From positions 3,008,001-3,072,000 of the forward strand of contig CP051526.1 in NCBI GenBank assembly GCA_050916045.1: DNA of 64,000 bases, written 5' to 3'. Source of the DNA: Tepidisphaera sp. Lineage in GTDB: Bacteria; Planctomycetota; Phycisphaerae; Phycisphaerales; UBA1924. The notes beneath the pieces are model-generated. The model searched no databases, was not told the origin of the DNA, and saw nothing but the letters and a program-made list of their open reading frames with translations. Position numbers and translations under genes: made by a program. Of the stretch, positions 19,972 through 29,151 are shown piece by piece. Positions within the stretch are counted from its first letter, which is position 1. Each line of letters opens with the position of its first letter.

Positions 19972-21026
19972 GGATTCGGTTCCTTATTGAGCGGGACCGC
20001 GTGCCGCATGTCCATGCTGAGTTCGCTCATCTTGCACTCAAATGCCGCGTTCATTATCAGCTCAGGCTTGACCTGTGGCACGATCCGAAACCGGGATCGA
20101 TCAATTCGCGTATTCAGCGACTTCACTTGAGTGATCGCGTACTGCCAATCGGAGGGTTCTGAGGGCGCCGCCCCCCCGTTGGCCGCGAAGTGCTTCTCTC
20201 GGATGCGAACCCACTCTGAGAATCGGGGCGAGCCGGGAGTAATCGCGTCACTTGGCAGTCCGGCTTCCTTTCTCGCTGCGCTGAGTGCCGTTCTATCGCT
20301 CGACGTGAGCAACTGATCTGACAACTCATACTCGGTGCGGAGCGGCACGCGTATGCCGTCGATAGTCTGCCATTCCGGGACGCGCCACGAAGCAAATACG
20401 TGCCCCCACGACGCGTTAATGAAATCATGCTTCTGCACGAGGCCGGTTTCCGCGTCGATGGACACTCGCTGATCCATAAGGCGACCATCGACGGAAAGTT
20501 GTCCTCGGAGCACAACCTTCCCCTTTTGTTCCGATTCGATCCGAAGGTCCTTGCTCAAGAGCAGCATGTCGGATTGACTCCGCATGCTTTTAAAATCAAG
20601 GCTTCTGCCCAAACCGGTCAACAATCCGGGGAGCATGTTGCACTGAATAAAGGAACGATCTTCCGGACCGACCACCGCGCTCTGATTTGAGGGTCGGTGC
20701 CACTGAGACACGCCGTCGATGACATTCGCCAGGATCTCGACCTCTTGGTAGGACTTGGTGGCCGCGTCATCGATGAATCGCTCACGCCCGGAGATCCGAA
20801 GATTGCCGAAGTCGTCCTTGATTGCATCGAACTTCACAAAGTCAAACTCGCCACCCTTGACGAGCTGTACAGTGATTCGATCTTCCCACTCCGCCGTCCG
20901 AACAGACTCGTCATCGATCGCCAACATCGTGACCCATGCACGACACCTCAGCGATTCCGATTCCGATTGGTGAGTCACAACCTCAAATGCTTGAGCCGCC
21001 ACAAGCGTGCACAGGACCTGGATCAT
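19968..21026 (-). CDS. Hypothetical exported protein (possible LolA-like fold)
   Basis: SD GGAG upstream; short N-terminal hydrophobic stretch; VSIDAETGLVQK and WQTIDGIRVP motifs recall LolA-like proteins; ATGA overlap with downstream gene. Confidence 0.65.
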   Translation of the reverse strand: MIQVLCTLVAAQAFEVVTHQSESESLRCRAWVTMLAIDDESVRTAEWEDRITVQLVKGGEFDFVKFDAIKDDFGNLRISGRERFIDDAATKSYQEVEILANVIDGVSQWHRPSNQSAVVGPEDRSFIQCNMLPGLLTGLGRSLDFKSMRSQSDMLLLSKDLRIESEQKGKVVLRGQLSVDGRLMDQRVSIDAETGLVQKHDFINASWGHVFASWRVPEWQTIDGIRVPLRTEYELSDQLLTSSDRTALSAARKEAGLPSDAITPGSPRFSEWVRIREKHFAANGGAAPSEPSDWQYAITQVKSLNTRIDRSRFRIVPQVKPELIMNAAFECKMSELSMDMRHAVPLNKEPNP

Positions 21027-21048
21027 GAGCTTATTTCTCCCGATTGGA

Positions 21049-21528
21049 TCAGTTGCACTGTGTCAGTGTACAATTTGTCGGCATGGTCATCGATCCAACA
21101 GAAGTGTGGCAATAGCACTCGCTCGGCGTAACCGAGTATTCCGCCGGGCGCACCGACGTACAACCGCCCGTGTGCCGAATCTTTGCACCGCAACTGATCA
21201 TCGGCCCTAAATTGATGTGGCAGTTTGCGAGCGCCTTGCTGAAGCAAGTATTCATCGCGACCGGAGCACCCGCACAGGTGTAGCACGAGCCTGTGCAAAG
21301 GTAATTCTCATCTCGTGAGCACCCCTCATGATCGCCGTTTGGTGACAGGACCAAAGTAACGGGGCACTTTGACACCGTGTTGCATTCCCAGCCACTGAGC
21401 GTCACCGGCAAGGCAGGAAGTCCGTCAATTGATCCATGGACTGGCGGATCAACGGCAATTGGTGCCGCTCCTCCCATCGCTGCGATTGTGGTGAGAAAAA
21501 CAAGTCCACCAAATGCTTTACGGACCAT
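21049..21528 (-). CDS. Secreted cysteine-rich protein (14 Cys)
   Basis: SD AAGGAG, signal peptide, 14 Cys in the C-terminal ~110 aa. Confidence 0.75.
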   Translation of the reverse strand: MVRKAFGGLVFLTTIAAMGGAAPIAVDPPVHGSIDGLPALPVTLSGWECNTVSKCPVTLVLSPNGDHEGCSRDENYLCTGSCYTCAGAPVAMNTCFSKALANCHINLGPMISCGAKIRHTGGCTSVRPAEYSVTPSECYCHTSVGSMTMPTNCTLTQCN

Positions 21529-21567
21529 GTGCGTCTCCTTCGTAACCTCGAAATGAGGTGCACGTGG

Positions 21568-21598
21568 AGTCTAACAGACCCCCCACCCCCCCTGTCAA
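21568..21598 (-). promoter_or_regulatory. Putative sigma70-type promoter of the three-gene island
   Basis: TTGACA (21598-21593), 19-nt spacer, TAGACT (21573-21568); spacer slightly long. Confidence 0.45.
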
Positions 21599-21625
21599 CG
21601 GGATTTTGGCATTCTTAAGTAATCT

Positions 21626-22360
21626 TTACCGGAGCTTCCGCGGGTTGCCCGCGGGCTTGCCGTCGGCATACGCCCAAAGCGTCACCGTCAGCCACTGCGA
21701 GCCCCAGCGTTTGGCTTCCCCGTGAGTCGGGTAGAGCACATCCAGCCGGCTTCCCTTGATCTTGCCCCCGCAGTCCAGAACGGGCACGATCGCGTCGTCC
21801 GCGTAGCCCGGGACGGTGATCAGCGAACCGTACTTCAGGACCCGCGGATCGGCCGCGACGAGTTGGAACGCGTTGGTCTCCACCGAGTGGAGCGTCGCCG
21901 TCAAGCCGTCGGCCGAGTCGCCGCACGAGTGGGCGTCGGGCGAATACGCCGTCACCCGCATTCGAAGCACGCCGGTCGGACGCACCGGGCGACCGTTGAA
22001 CCACCGGGTGTCTGCCGGGAACGCCTCATCTGCGACCGGGTCCGACGGCTTCTCGATCGGGGTGAACTCAATCTCGACCTCGGGAGCGGCCGAATCGATA
22101 GCGGTGGTCGCCAGAAGGGGCAGGCTTTCGGCCTCGCCTGGGGTGAGCCGGACGACGTCCTGAACCGAAACGGCCAAAGCAGGGGCGAGCCCGCGTTCCT
22201 TGGCCATCATGGCCGAATACGCCACGCCGACCGCAGCCGCGAGGAACACCAAGCCCTCGGCGGCGAACCTGGCCCAGACCCGCGAGCGGAGCCACGTCGG
22301 AGCGGCGTTCTGGGCTCCCGAACGGGCGCGGAGCGAAGACGGACGAACGGAGGGGGTCAT
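21626..22360 (-). CDS. 3D-domain protein (putative peptidoglycan lytic enzyme), membrane anchored
   Basis: MRVTAYSP...DGLTAT...VAADPRVLKYGS...VPGY...VLDCGGKIKGSRLDV; one N-terminal TM. Confidence 0.9.
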   Translation of the reverse strand: MTPSVRPSSLRARSGAQNAAPTWLRSRVWARFAAEGLVFLAAAVGVAYSAMMAKERGLAPALAVSVQDVVRLTPGEAESLPLLATTAIDSAAPEVEIEFTPIEKPSDPVADEAFPADTRWFNGRPVRPTGVLRMRVTAYSPDAHSCGDSADGLTATLHSVETNAFQLVAADPRVLKYGSLITVPGYADDAIVPVLDCGGKIKGSRLDVLYPTHGEAKRWGSQWLTVTLWAYADGKPAGNPRKLR

Positions 22361-22775
22361 CCTGACGGATCCCTTGCGGAGGCTCGCCTGCGATGATCCA
22401 CCCACGGCATTCGTCAACATTCTCGCATCTCCGGTTGGCTTTGGGATGGACGCCACTCGCACTGATCACGGCGTCCATCTCGTTCTGAAGAATCCCGTCG
22501 AGCTTTCGGCCTTTCGCCTCGGCCTCTGGCACGGCTTGCAAAGGTTGAGGACAGCCAGTCCCGCACCCTTGAACCGTTACGCTTGACACCCCTCAACCAC
22601 GCTCCCGGTCTGTGCCCTGAGCGGCCGTGCGGACCAGCGTGGGAACGTCTCTGGGGTGAAGGTTACCCCAGGAACCCGGCGCGAGCAACCGAAAGTACCA
22701 TATATTTACCTTACAAACGGTCGTTTCGCGGTCTGGCGGGCGCGTCTAACGCCTGTCCGGCCCGGTTACCAGACC

Positions 22776-22813
22776 AAAAAAGCACGCGACGGTGACCGAG
22801 TCACCGTCGCGCG
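22776..22813 (-). terminator. Intrinsic terminator downstream of the pilT-ATPase-cvpA-like cluster
   Basis: Minus strand CGCGACGGTGAC-TCG-GTCACCGTCGCG followed by TGCTTTTTT. Confidence 0.85.
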
Positions 22814-22862
22814 GGGGTTATCCCTGATGTCTGCCCTGTTTAGGGGCATGTCCGGAGGACGC

Positions 22863-24722
22863 TTAGCGGAGCGTCTGGACCATGTCGAGGCGGAACTTGG
22901 GCTGCCACTTGATGGCGAGCTTGTCGCCAATGCCAAGGCCGGTGATGACCGCGCCCTTGGAGACGCGGAAGATCAGCTTGCACTGCTGGCCGGGCTCGGA
23001 GCGGGAGAGGTTCTTGGGAAGCTCTTCGAGGCCGGTGAGCGGGGTGCCGGGGGTGTAGCGGACGCCGATGATGTCGCCGTCGCGGTAGTAGTACCCGATG
23101 CACTCGTACACGCGGCCCTTGTCGTCGACGAGGAAGACGGGCTTGTCGTTGTCGAAGCCGCGCTCGCCGAAGCGCCAGGCGTTGGTCATGCTCACGTCGA
23201 GCTGGCAAACGACCTGGTTCTCCATCGGCTCGTACTTGTCGACCTTGAGGTTGGGGTCCAGGCCGGTGGTCTGGGCGTCGCGGGGGTTCAGGCGGTACTC
23301 GCCGTCCTGGATCATGCCGCCGCCTCTGGCGGGGATGATCGTGCCGCCCTGGAGGGTGTCGCGCTGGAGCTGGATACCGATCGAGATCGACGTCGAGAAG
23401 CCGAAAGATTCCGGGATCTGATCGACAATCACCTTTTCGTTGGTGTTACCCTGACGCATCAGGTAGACGAGGCTTTCGTCAAGGTTCGCGACGCTCCGGC
23501 CGCCCATGAGGTCGGGGATGTCCATGTCGCGGTTGAGCGCGGTGGAGTAGACACGGCCGGGGTTCGTATCCGCGATGTCAGCCCGGATGCCCTTGACGTA
23601 CAGGGCCTTGGGGGTAAAGCCGGGGGGGACGAGGAACTCAAAGCCGAACTTGGAGTCGGCATCGGCGCCGACCGAGGGGAACGCTTTGCCATCGCCGCCG
23701 CTTGAGAAGCCGAACCTCGCGAACTCGACGAACTTCTTCCGCTTGGCGCGGGGGTCGGAGGCGTCGATGTTGGGCGGAGCGGCTTTGAGCAGCGCGGCGT
23801 GCGGGAAGATGAGCTTGGACTCAACGGTGTTGTTGACGAGGAGGGCGACCTGGGCGTTGACGACGACGACCTGACCCGTCTTTTCCTTGGCTGCGGTGTT
23901 GAAGTTGACCACGTACCCGTAGAGGCGGGAAGCGGGATCGATCGGATCGCCATCGAAGGTCAGAAGTCCGGTCTGCGCCGCGGAGAAGCGGTCCTTGGTC
24001 AGCTCTTCCATGCGGGCTTTGCCCGTGACGGTCTGGGGAGGCGCAACCTCGTAGCTCTGCACGATCGAGAAGGAGCCGGGAGGGGTCGTGTTGCGTGCGC
24101 GGTTCTCGCCGTTGGTGGCGGCGTATCGCAAAGCGCCGGCGGTGGCGTACATCGCCGGGTAGTACGTGGCGAGATTCTCGTCGGTGTAGAAGGTCGTGCC
24201 GGAGAGGTGGCTATAGAGATAGGAGGTAAGCCGGTCCGCAGGGACCCAGAGAGCATCGCCACGCTGCACGCTTCCGTTGGCGGAGATCTGGACCGCTCGG
24301 TAGTCGAACATGCCCATATCGGCGGGGAGGCGGAGCATGCCGATCGACATGATCGTGATGCCCGCCATGATGACACCGGCGAGACCGCCGCACAGGCCGC
24401 CGCCGACGTAGTTGGCCGTCTGATTGACGAAGACGTTGCGGCGGAGGGTGGCGTCGATCGCGGCCCGGAAGATGGCGTAGCTGATGATGAACGGGACCGA
24501 CAGGGCGATCGCCCACGCCGACCCGGTCTGAAGCTCGGCGAAGAACCCGCGGGTTCCGGCGCTGCTCAGCATGTAGTGAGCCAAGGGCTCAAACACCGCG
24601 AAGGCGACCGCGCCGGCGGCGACGGTGCACATGAGGTGGATGAACGCGGAGAAGAAGCCGCGGAGCATCCACATGTAGAGCGAGATCAGGATGATGATAA
24701 TGGCGAACGCGTTCATCACCAT
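22863..24722 (-). CDS. CvpA-like N-terminal membrane domain protein with large extracytoplasmic region
   Basis: N-terminal LRGFFSAF...AFAVFEPLA...NYVGGGLCGGLAG matches the CvpA TM pattern; about 450-aa soluble C-terminus of unknown function. Confidence 0.7.
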   Translation of the reverse strand: MVMNAFAIIIILISLYMWMLRGFFSAFIHLMCTVAAGAVAFAVFEPLAHYMLSSAGTRGFFAELQTGSAWAIALSVPFIISYAIFRAAIDATLRRNVFVNQTANYVGGGLCGGLAGVIMAGITIMSIGMLRLPADMGMFDYRAVQISANGSVQRGDALWVPADRLTSYLYSHLSGTTFYTDENLATYYPAMYATAGALRYAATNGENRARNTTPPGSFSIVQSYEVAPPQTVTGKARMEELTKDRFSAAQTGLLTFDGDPIDPASRLYGYVVNFNTAAKEKTGQVVVVNAQVALLVNNTVESKLIFPHAALLKAAPPNIDASDPRAKRKKFVEFARFGFSSGGDGKAFPSVGADADSKFGFEFLVPPGFTPKALYVKGIRADIADTNPGRVYSTALNRDMDIPDLMGGRSVANLDESLVYLMRQGNTNEKVIVDQIPESFGFSTSISIGIQLQRDTLQGGTIIPARGGGMIQDGEYRLNPRDAQTTGLDPNLKVDKYEPMENQVVCQLDVSMTNAWRFGERGFDNDKPVFLVDDKGRVYECIGYYYRDGDIIGVRYTPGTPLTGLEELPKNLSRSEPGQQCKLIFRVSKGAVITGLGIGDKLAIKWQPKFRLDMVQTLR

Positions 24723-24843
24723 GGTTGAGGTCCTTTCGAGCGTCGAACATTCAGAGCAGACGCGGGAGGCGGGCGGCGGTTCCGGCCTGGCTTCCGGCGA
24801 TCAGAGGGACAGGGAGGGACGTCGGGAAACGGAGAACGGAAAC

Positions 24844-26565
24844 TCAGGCCGGCTTGGGAGCGGCCGGAGCGGGCTGAGCGGCGGGCGGAGCGGCTTCGGC
24901 GGTGATGCGGATGACCTCGTCGACGGTCGTGGTGAGCGTGACGAGCTTCTGCATCGCGGCCTGGGCGATGGTCGGGAACTGCTTCTTGCGGAGTTCGGCC
25001 CGGAGCGCGTTGATGTTGCCGCTGCGGATGGCTTCACGGCAGGCATCGTCGAAGACGAAGACCTCGAACACGCCTTCCTGGCCAAGGTAGCCGGTCCCCT
25101 GGCAGACGGGGCAGACCTCGGGCTTGTTCTTGATAAGGACCTGGCCGCCCTTCTTGACGAGCTGCTGCACCTTGTCGGCGGGCAGGTTGAGCTTCTTGAG
25201 CATGTCGGGCGGCGGCTGGTACGCCACGCGGCAGTTCGTGCAGACCTTGCGGAGCAGCCGCATCGCGATCACGCCCTTGAGCGGCTTGGAAGCCTGGTCC
25301 TGATCACCGACAAGCTTGACCCACTTCACCACGGCCGTCACCGCGCTATCAGCGGGAATGCTCGCGTAGATGCGGACGCGATCAGCTTCGGACTTGGCGA
25401 TCTCCTTCGCCGTCGCGTTGTCGGGGATCTCTGCCACACCGACCACCTGGGGGTCGCGGCGGAGGATTGCGCGAAGGGTCGTCCAGAACTCGGCACCCTC
25501 GGCCTGCGGGTCGAACCTGTTCTGCTTGGCACCCTCGAGAATGTCCTGGGTGTCGATCTCGATCGTCTGGACGTTCTGCGTGTACGCGTCGTGGAGCTTG
25601 ATCGTGGAGTACAGGAGCGTCGTCCGGCCGCCATCGGGCAGAGCGCCGAGAAGCACCACACCCTGGAGCGTGGAGGTCAGCTCCTTGAACTGCGTTGCTT
25701 GCGATTCGAGCAGGCCGAGCTGTTCGAACTTGCGGCGGACCTGGGCTTCGGGATCGATGAGGAGCGTGAGCTTGGGGCCGCCCTGGGTGCCGATGGTGGA
25801 GACCCGGAGCTTGCGGCGGTCGGCACCGCGCTCAACGTGTATATCCGCGGTCTGGTGCTTGCGGTTCTCGGCGAGGTCGAGCTTGGCCGCGGCTTTCCAG
25901 AACGCCATGATCTGGCTGGCTTCCTGCGGGGGCATCGAGCGGTGCACGATCGGCTGGCCATCGACCAGGGACCGGAGCACGTACGAAGCGTCCTTGCCGC
26001 CGGGGAGGAGTTCGATCTGCGAAGCCCGGGCGTCGATGCCCTGCATGTACGCGGTTTCGGAAGCGACGCGGGTGTTGAACTCGGGTGTGTCGGCCGCGGG
26101 AACGGGCAGCACGCTCTTGTCCGGAGCTTTGATGATGAGCTCGACCTTGCCGGCTTTCTTGGCGGCGGCTTTGAGGGCCTGGGCTTCCTTGTACTTGCTG
26201 AAATCAAGGCCGAGGCGGCCCGCTTCGGGGACGCGGTCGTCCTTGTTGACGCTGGTCACGAAGATGATGACGTCGGCGGCGAGGATGACGAGCACGACGC
26301 CGAGAGAGACGAAGAACCCGGCGTGACCCTCGACCGGCAGGGCGATCGCCACCAGGAACGCCAGCAGACCCATCGACAGGTGGAAGATGTTCCAAGGGTT
26401 GCGCGGCAGGAAGAACCGGGCGCAGTGCTTGTCGAAAACCACGGAGACCAGCCAAGCCCACGCCACGAAGGGGATGAGCAGCACCACGGGCTTCCACACG
26501 GACAGGAGGATCAACCCCTCGGCGAGGGTCAAGGTCGGAGCGTCGGGGAGGGCGAGAGCGTCCAT
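24844..26565 (-). CDS. GspE/PilB-family ATPase-like protein with N-terminal TM helices and degenerate catalytic motifs
   Basis: LRAILRRDPQVVGVAE, RLLRKVCTNC...CPVCQGTGYLGQEGVFEV, TTVDEVIRI; Walker A reads GALPDGGRTT. Confidence 0.88.
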   Translation of the reverse strand: MDALALPDAPTLTLAEGLILLSVWKPVVLLIPFVAWAWLVSVVFDKHCARFFLPRNPWNIFHLSMGLLAFLVAIALPVEGHAGFFVSLGVVLVILAADVIIFVTSVNKDDRVPEAGRLGLDFSKYKEAQALKAAAKKAGKVELIIKAPDKSVLPVPAADTPEFNTRVASETAYMQGIDARASQIELLPGGKDASYVLRSLVDGQPIVHRSMPPQEASQIMAFWKAAAKLDLAENRKHQTADIHVERGADRRKLRVSTIGTQGGPKLTLLIDPEAQVRRKFEQLGLLESQATQFKELTSTLQGVVLLGALPDGGRTTLLYSTIKLHDAYTQNVQTIEIDTQDILEGAKQNRFDPQAEGAEFWTTLRAILRRDPQVVGVAEIPDNATAKEIAKSEADRVRIYASIPADSAVTAVVKWVKLVGDQDQASKPLKGVIAMRLLRKVCTNCRVAYQPPPDMLKKLNLPADKVQQLVKKGGQVLIKNKPEVCPVCQGTGYLGQEGVFEVFVFDDACREAIRSGNINALRAELRKKQFPTIAQAAMQKLVTLTTTVDEVIRITAEAAPPAAQPAPAAPKPA

Positions 26566-26811
26566 CACGAGGGATTCCCTGGGTGGTTGGTCGGACAGGC
26601 GGTGCCCCGTCCGGCTCCGGCAGGAGGGGCGAACGGGGGAGGGGAAACGGGGGGCGGTCGAACGGGGAGAGGAGAATATCACAGCCCGGGTCGGGCCGCT
26701 CGGAAAAGCACAGGGGTTCGGAAGCGGGAACGAAGAAACGGAAGGACGAGCCCCGGACGCTCGGACCGGCCACGCCGACCCGCATCACCCCGAGGCCCCG
26801 AAGCCTCGGGC

Positions 26812-27972
26812 TTACCCGAGCTTCTTGAGACGCATCATGAGCTCGTCGGCGTTGGGGGTGGCTTCCATCGCGACCTTCATATGGATGTACTCGCGTTCGA
26901 CCAGATCGACCAGCGAGCCGTTGAAGTCGGTCATGCCGACCTGACGGGCTTCGATCGACTTGATGTACTCGCGGAGTTCACCCTCGCGGGCTTCGAGAAT
27001 GTGCTTGCGCACGACCGAGTTGTTGATCAGGATCTCAAGGCCCGGGATGCGGTGGATATTCGGGTGAAGCGTCGGCAGGAGCTTCTGGTACACGAACGAC
27101 CGCATCTGGTAGCCGAGGATTCGGCGGACCTGCTCGACCTCTTCCGACTCGAACAGGCCGTAAATACGGCTGAAGGTCTGGGTCGTCGACGAAGCGTGGA
27201 TGGTTCCGTACACCAAGTGGCCGGTTTCGGCGGCGTGGAGAGCGGCTTCGAACGTCTCGTTGTCTCGCATTTCGCCGACGAGGACGACGTCGGGGTTTTC
27301 GCGGACGAGAGCGCGGAGAGCGATCTTGAAGTCCAGGCAGTCGATGCCGATCTCGCGCTGGTTGATCGTGGCTTTGCGGTCCTGGAAGATGTACTCGATG
27401 GGGTCTTCGATGGTGACGATGTGGACGGGCTTGCGCTCGTTCACGTAGTCGAGCATGGCCGCGATGGTCGTCGACTTACCCGAGCCGGTCACACCGGAGA
27501 GGAGCACGATCCCCTGCGGCTGCATGGCGATCTCGGCCATGATCGGCGGGAGGTAAAGCTCATCGAACCGGCGGATCTTGGACGTGATGAGTCGCAGAGC
27601 GGCCGAGAGCTTGCCACGGGCCTGGAAGAGGTTGACGCGGAAGCGGTTGTGGTCGTCGTAGTCGTACGCGAAGTCGACCGAGCCGTACTTGTGGAGGTCG
27701 GCGAGCTGTTCCTCATCCAGGATCACCTTGGTGATGTTGAGGAACTCGTCCGCCGTCAGGACCTCCATCTCCAGGGCCCGCAGGGCACCGCGGATACGGA
27801 GGCGGGGGGCGGCGCCGGACTTCAAGATCAAGTCCGAAGCGTCAAGCTTGATACAGGCTTGGAGGAACTTGCCCCAGCGGGTGGCGTGCGGGTCGCGTTT
27901 CTTGCCGACCTCGAGGGAGACATGGCCGGCGACGGCGACGGTTTTGGTTTCGGTGTCGAGACTCATGGTCAT
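26812..27972 (-). CDS. pilT: PilT/PilU-family pilus retraction ATPase
   Basis: ASDLIL, RFRVNLF, GVTGSGKSTT, TIEDPIEY, QREIG, RENPDVVLVGEMRD, AAETGHLVYGTIH. Confidence 0.93.
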   Translation of the reverse strand: MTMSLDTETKTVAVAGHVSLEVGKKRDPHATRWGKFLQACIKLDASDLILKSGAAPRLRIRGALRALEMEVLTADEFLNITKVILDEEQLADLHKYGSVDFAYDYDDHNRFRVNLFQARGKLSAALRLITSKIRRFDELYLPPIMAEIAMQPQGIVLLSGVTGSGKSTTIAAMLDYVNERKPVHIVTIEDPIEYIFQDRKATINQREIGIDCLDFKIALRALVRENPDVVLVGEMRDNETFEAALHAAETGHLVYGTIHASSTTQTFSRIYGLFESEEVEQVRRILGYQMRSFVYQKLLPTLHPNIHRIPGLEILINNSVVRKHILEAREGELREYIKSIEARQVGMTDFNGSLVDLVEREYIHMKVAMEATPNADELMMRLKKLG

Positions 27973-28264
27973 CGGAGCGGACCTTTCCGGACGGGGGAGG
28001 CGGGGGGTGGGGAGGCGAACGGATTCCGAGCGACAACAGACGGACCCAAGCCGCCTAGGGCCCATTCGCACCGGGGCCCGAACGGTTGCCGGGTCCAGAG
28101 CGGATTGAGGCCCGGGGAGCCCGGGGGAAGGGGCAGTATATTGATCTTGCCGGTCCCGTGCCGGGCCTGTCGGTTGGCGGCTCTGAGCGGTCGGCGGGAA
28201 GGGCCAAGCGAGGCCTCCCCGCGGGTGTGCCCCCCTCTTGGCACCCCCCACCGCCCGCCTCTCG

Positions 28265-29032
28265 TCACCGACTCGACCCAGCACCCTCCCGCTCGGGACC
28301 AGCCTCGATGATGGAGCGGCGACGGGCCGCGAGGGACAGGCTCGCGAGGGCGACCCACGCGGTGGATGGGGTCGGGACCAACGTCAACGTCGCGGTCACC
28401 GAGCCGCTTCCGGTTGAGATACCGCCCCCGTAGAAATCGGTGTACCACGGGAACGCCCGGAGGCGGAACTCGTAGGTGCCGATCGCCAAGGTCTGAGACC
28501 ATGTCGCCGGTCGCCACTCGATCACGTTCTGCGGCCAGAGGATCGGCGAGCCGTCCCTGTAGATGTTGAACACTTCCGTGCCGGACTCAAGATGAGTCAG
28601 GGAGAGCACGATGTTGCCGTCCGCCGCACCAAGGCCGGAGGGGGAGATCTGCCCGCGGTACTCGAGCATCGCCGAAGCGGGCTCGCCGGCGACCTCGAAT
28701 CTCGCCATCATCGCGGTCGAACGCCTCCGAATCGAATCCCCGTTCACGCTGCTTCGATAGTCGCCGTTCAAGGTTCCGCCGATGAGGGTGTCCGACGCGA
28801 ATCCGGTGTGACGGAACCGGTGCGGGAGCGTGATGTCCCAGTCCCCGGCTCCGGAGAACGATGCGAACTCGTCGTGACGGACCTGGTCGGGGAAGAACAG
28901 GCTCGTTTTCCGATCGCGGATCTCGCTTTCGCGCGAGAGAAGGCGGACATCCGCCCGGCCGATCGAAACCGGGCCGACGGCGAGGCCGACCGCGAGCATC
29001 AACAACGACCTTGCCCAGATGCGCTGTTCCAT
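28265..29032 (-). CDS. PEP-CTERM-like (PTP-CTERM) exosortase-target protein
   Basis: N-terminal signal peptide; C-terminal VPTP + hydrophobic helix + RRR. Confidence 0.8.
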   Translation of the reverse strand: MEQRIWARSLLMLAVGLAVGPVSIGRADVRLLSRESEIRDRKTSLFFPDQVRHDEFASFSGAGDWDITLPHRFRHTGFASDTLIGGTLNGDYRSSVNGDSIRRRSTAMMARFEVAGEPASAMLEYRGQISPSGLGAADGNIVLSLTHLESGTEVFNIYRDGSPILWPQNVIEWRPATWSQTLAIGTYEFRLRAFPWYTDFYGGGISTGSGSVTATLTLVPTPSTAWVALASLSLAARRRSIIEAGPEREGAGSSR

Positions 29033-29151
29033 TCGGGCACGTTACCACTCTTTTCACCGAGACGCAAGACCGAAGTGTTCGGCGTCAACGCGTTGGGAGT
29101 TCCCGCCACGGCATGGGGCCTTGGATAAACTCGGAACTTGAGGAGTTTCCA

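Noticed and set aside
18866..21625. Calling the island a mobile element
   Set aside because: No integrase, transposase, terminal repeats or target duplication seen; only a compositional shift
24691..28311. 1206-aa plus-strand ORF
   Set aside because: Antisense shadow of pilT and the GspE-like gene; long shadow ORFs are expected at this GC and it has no motifs
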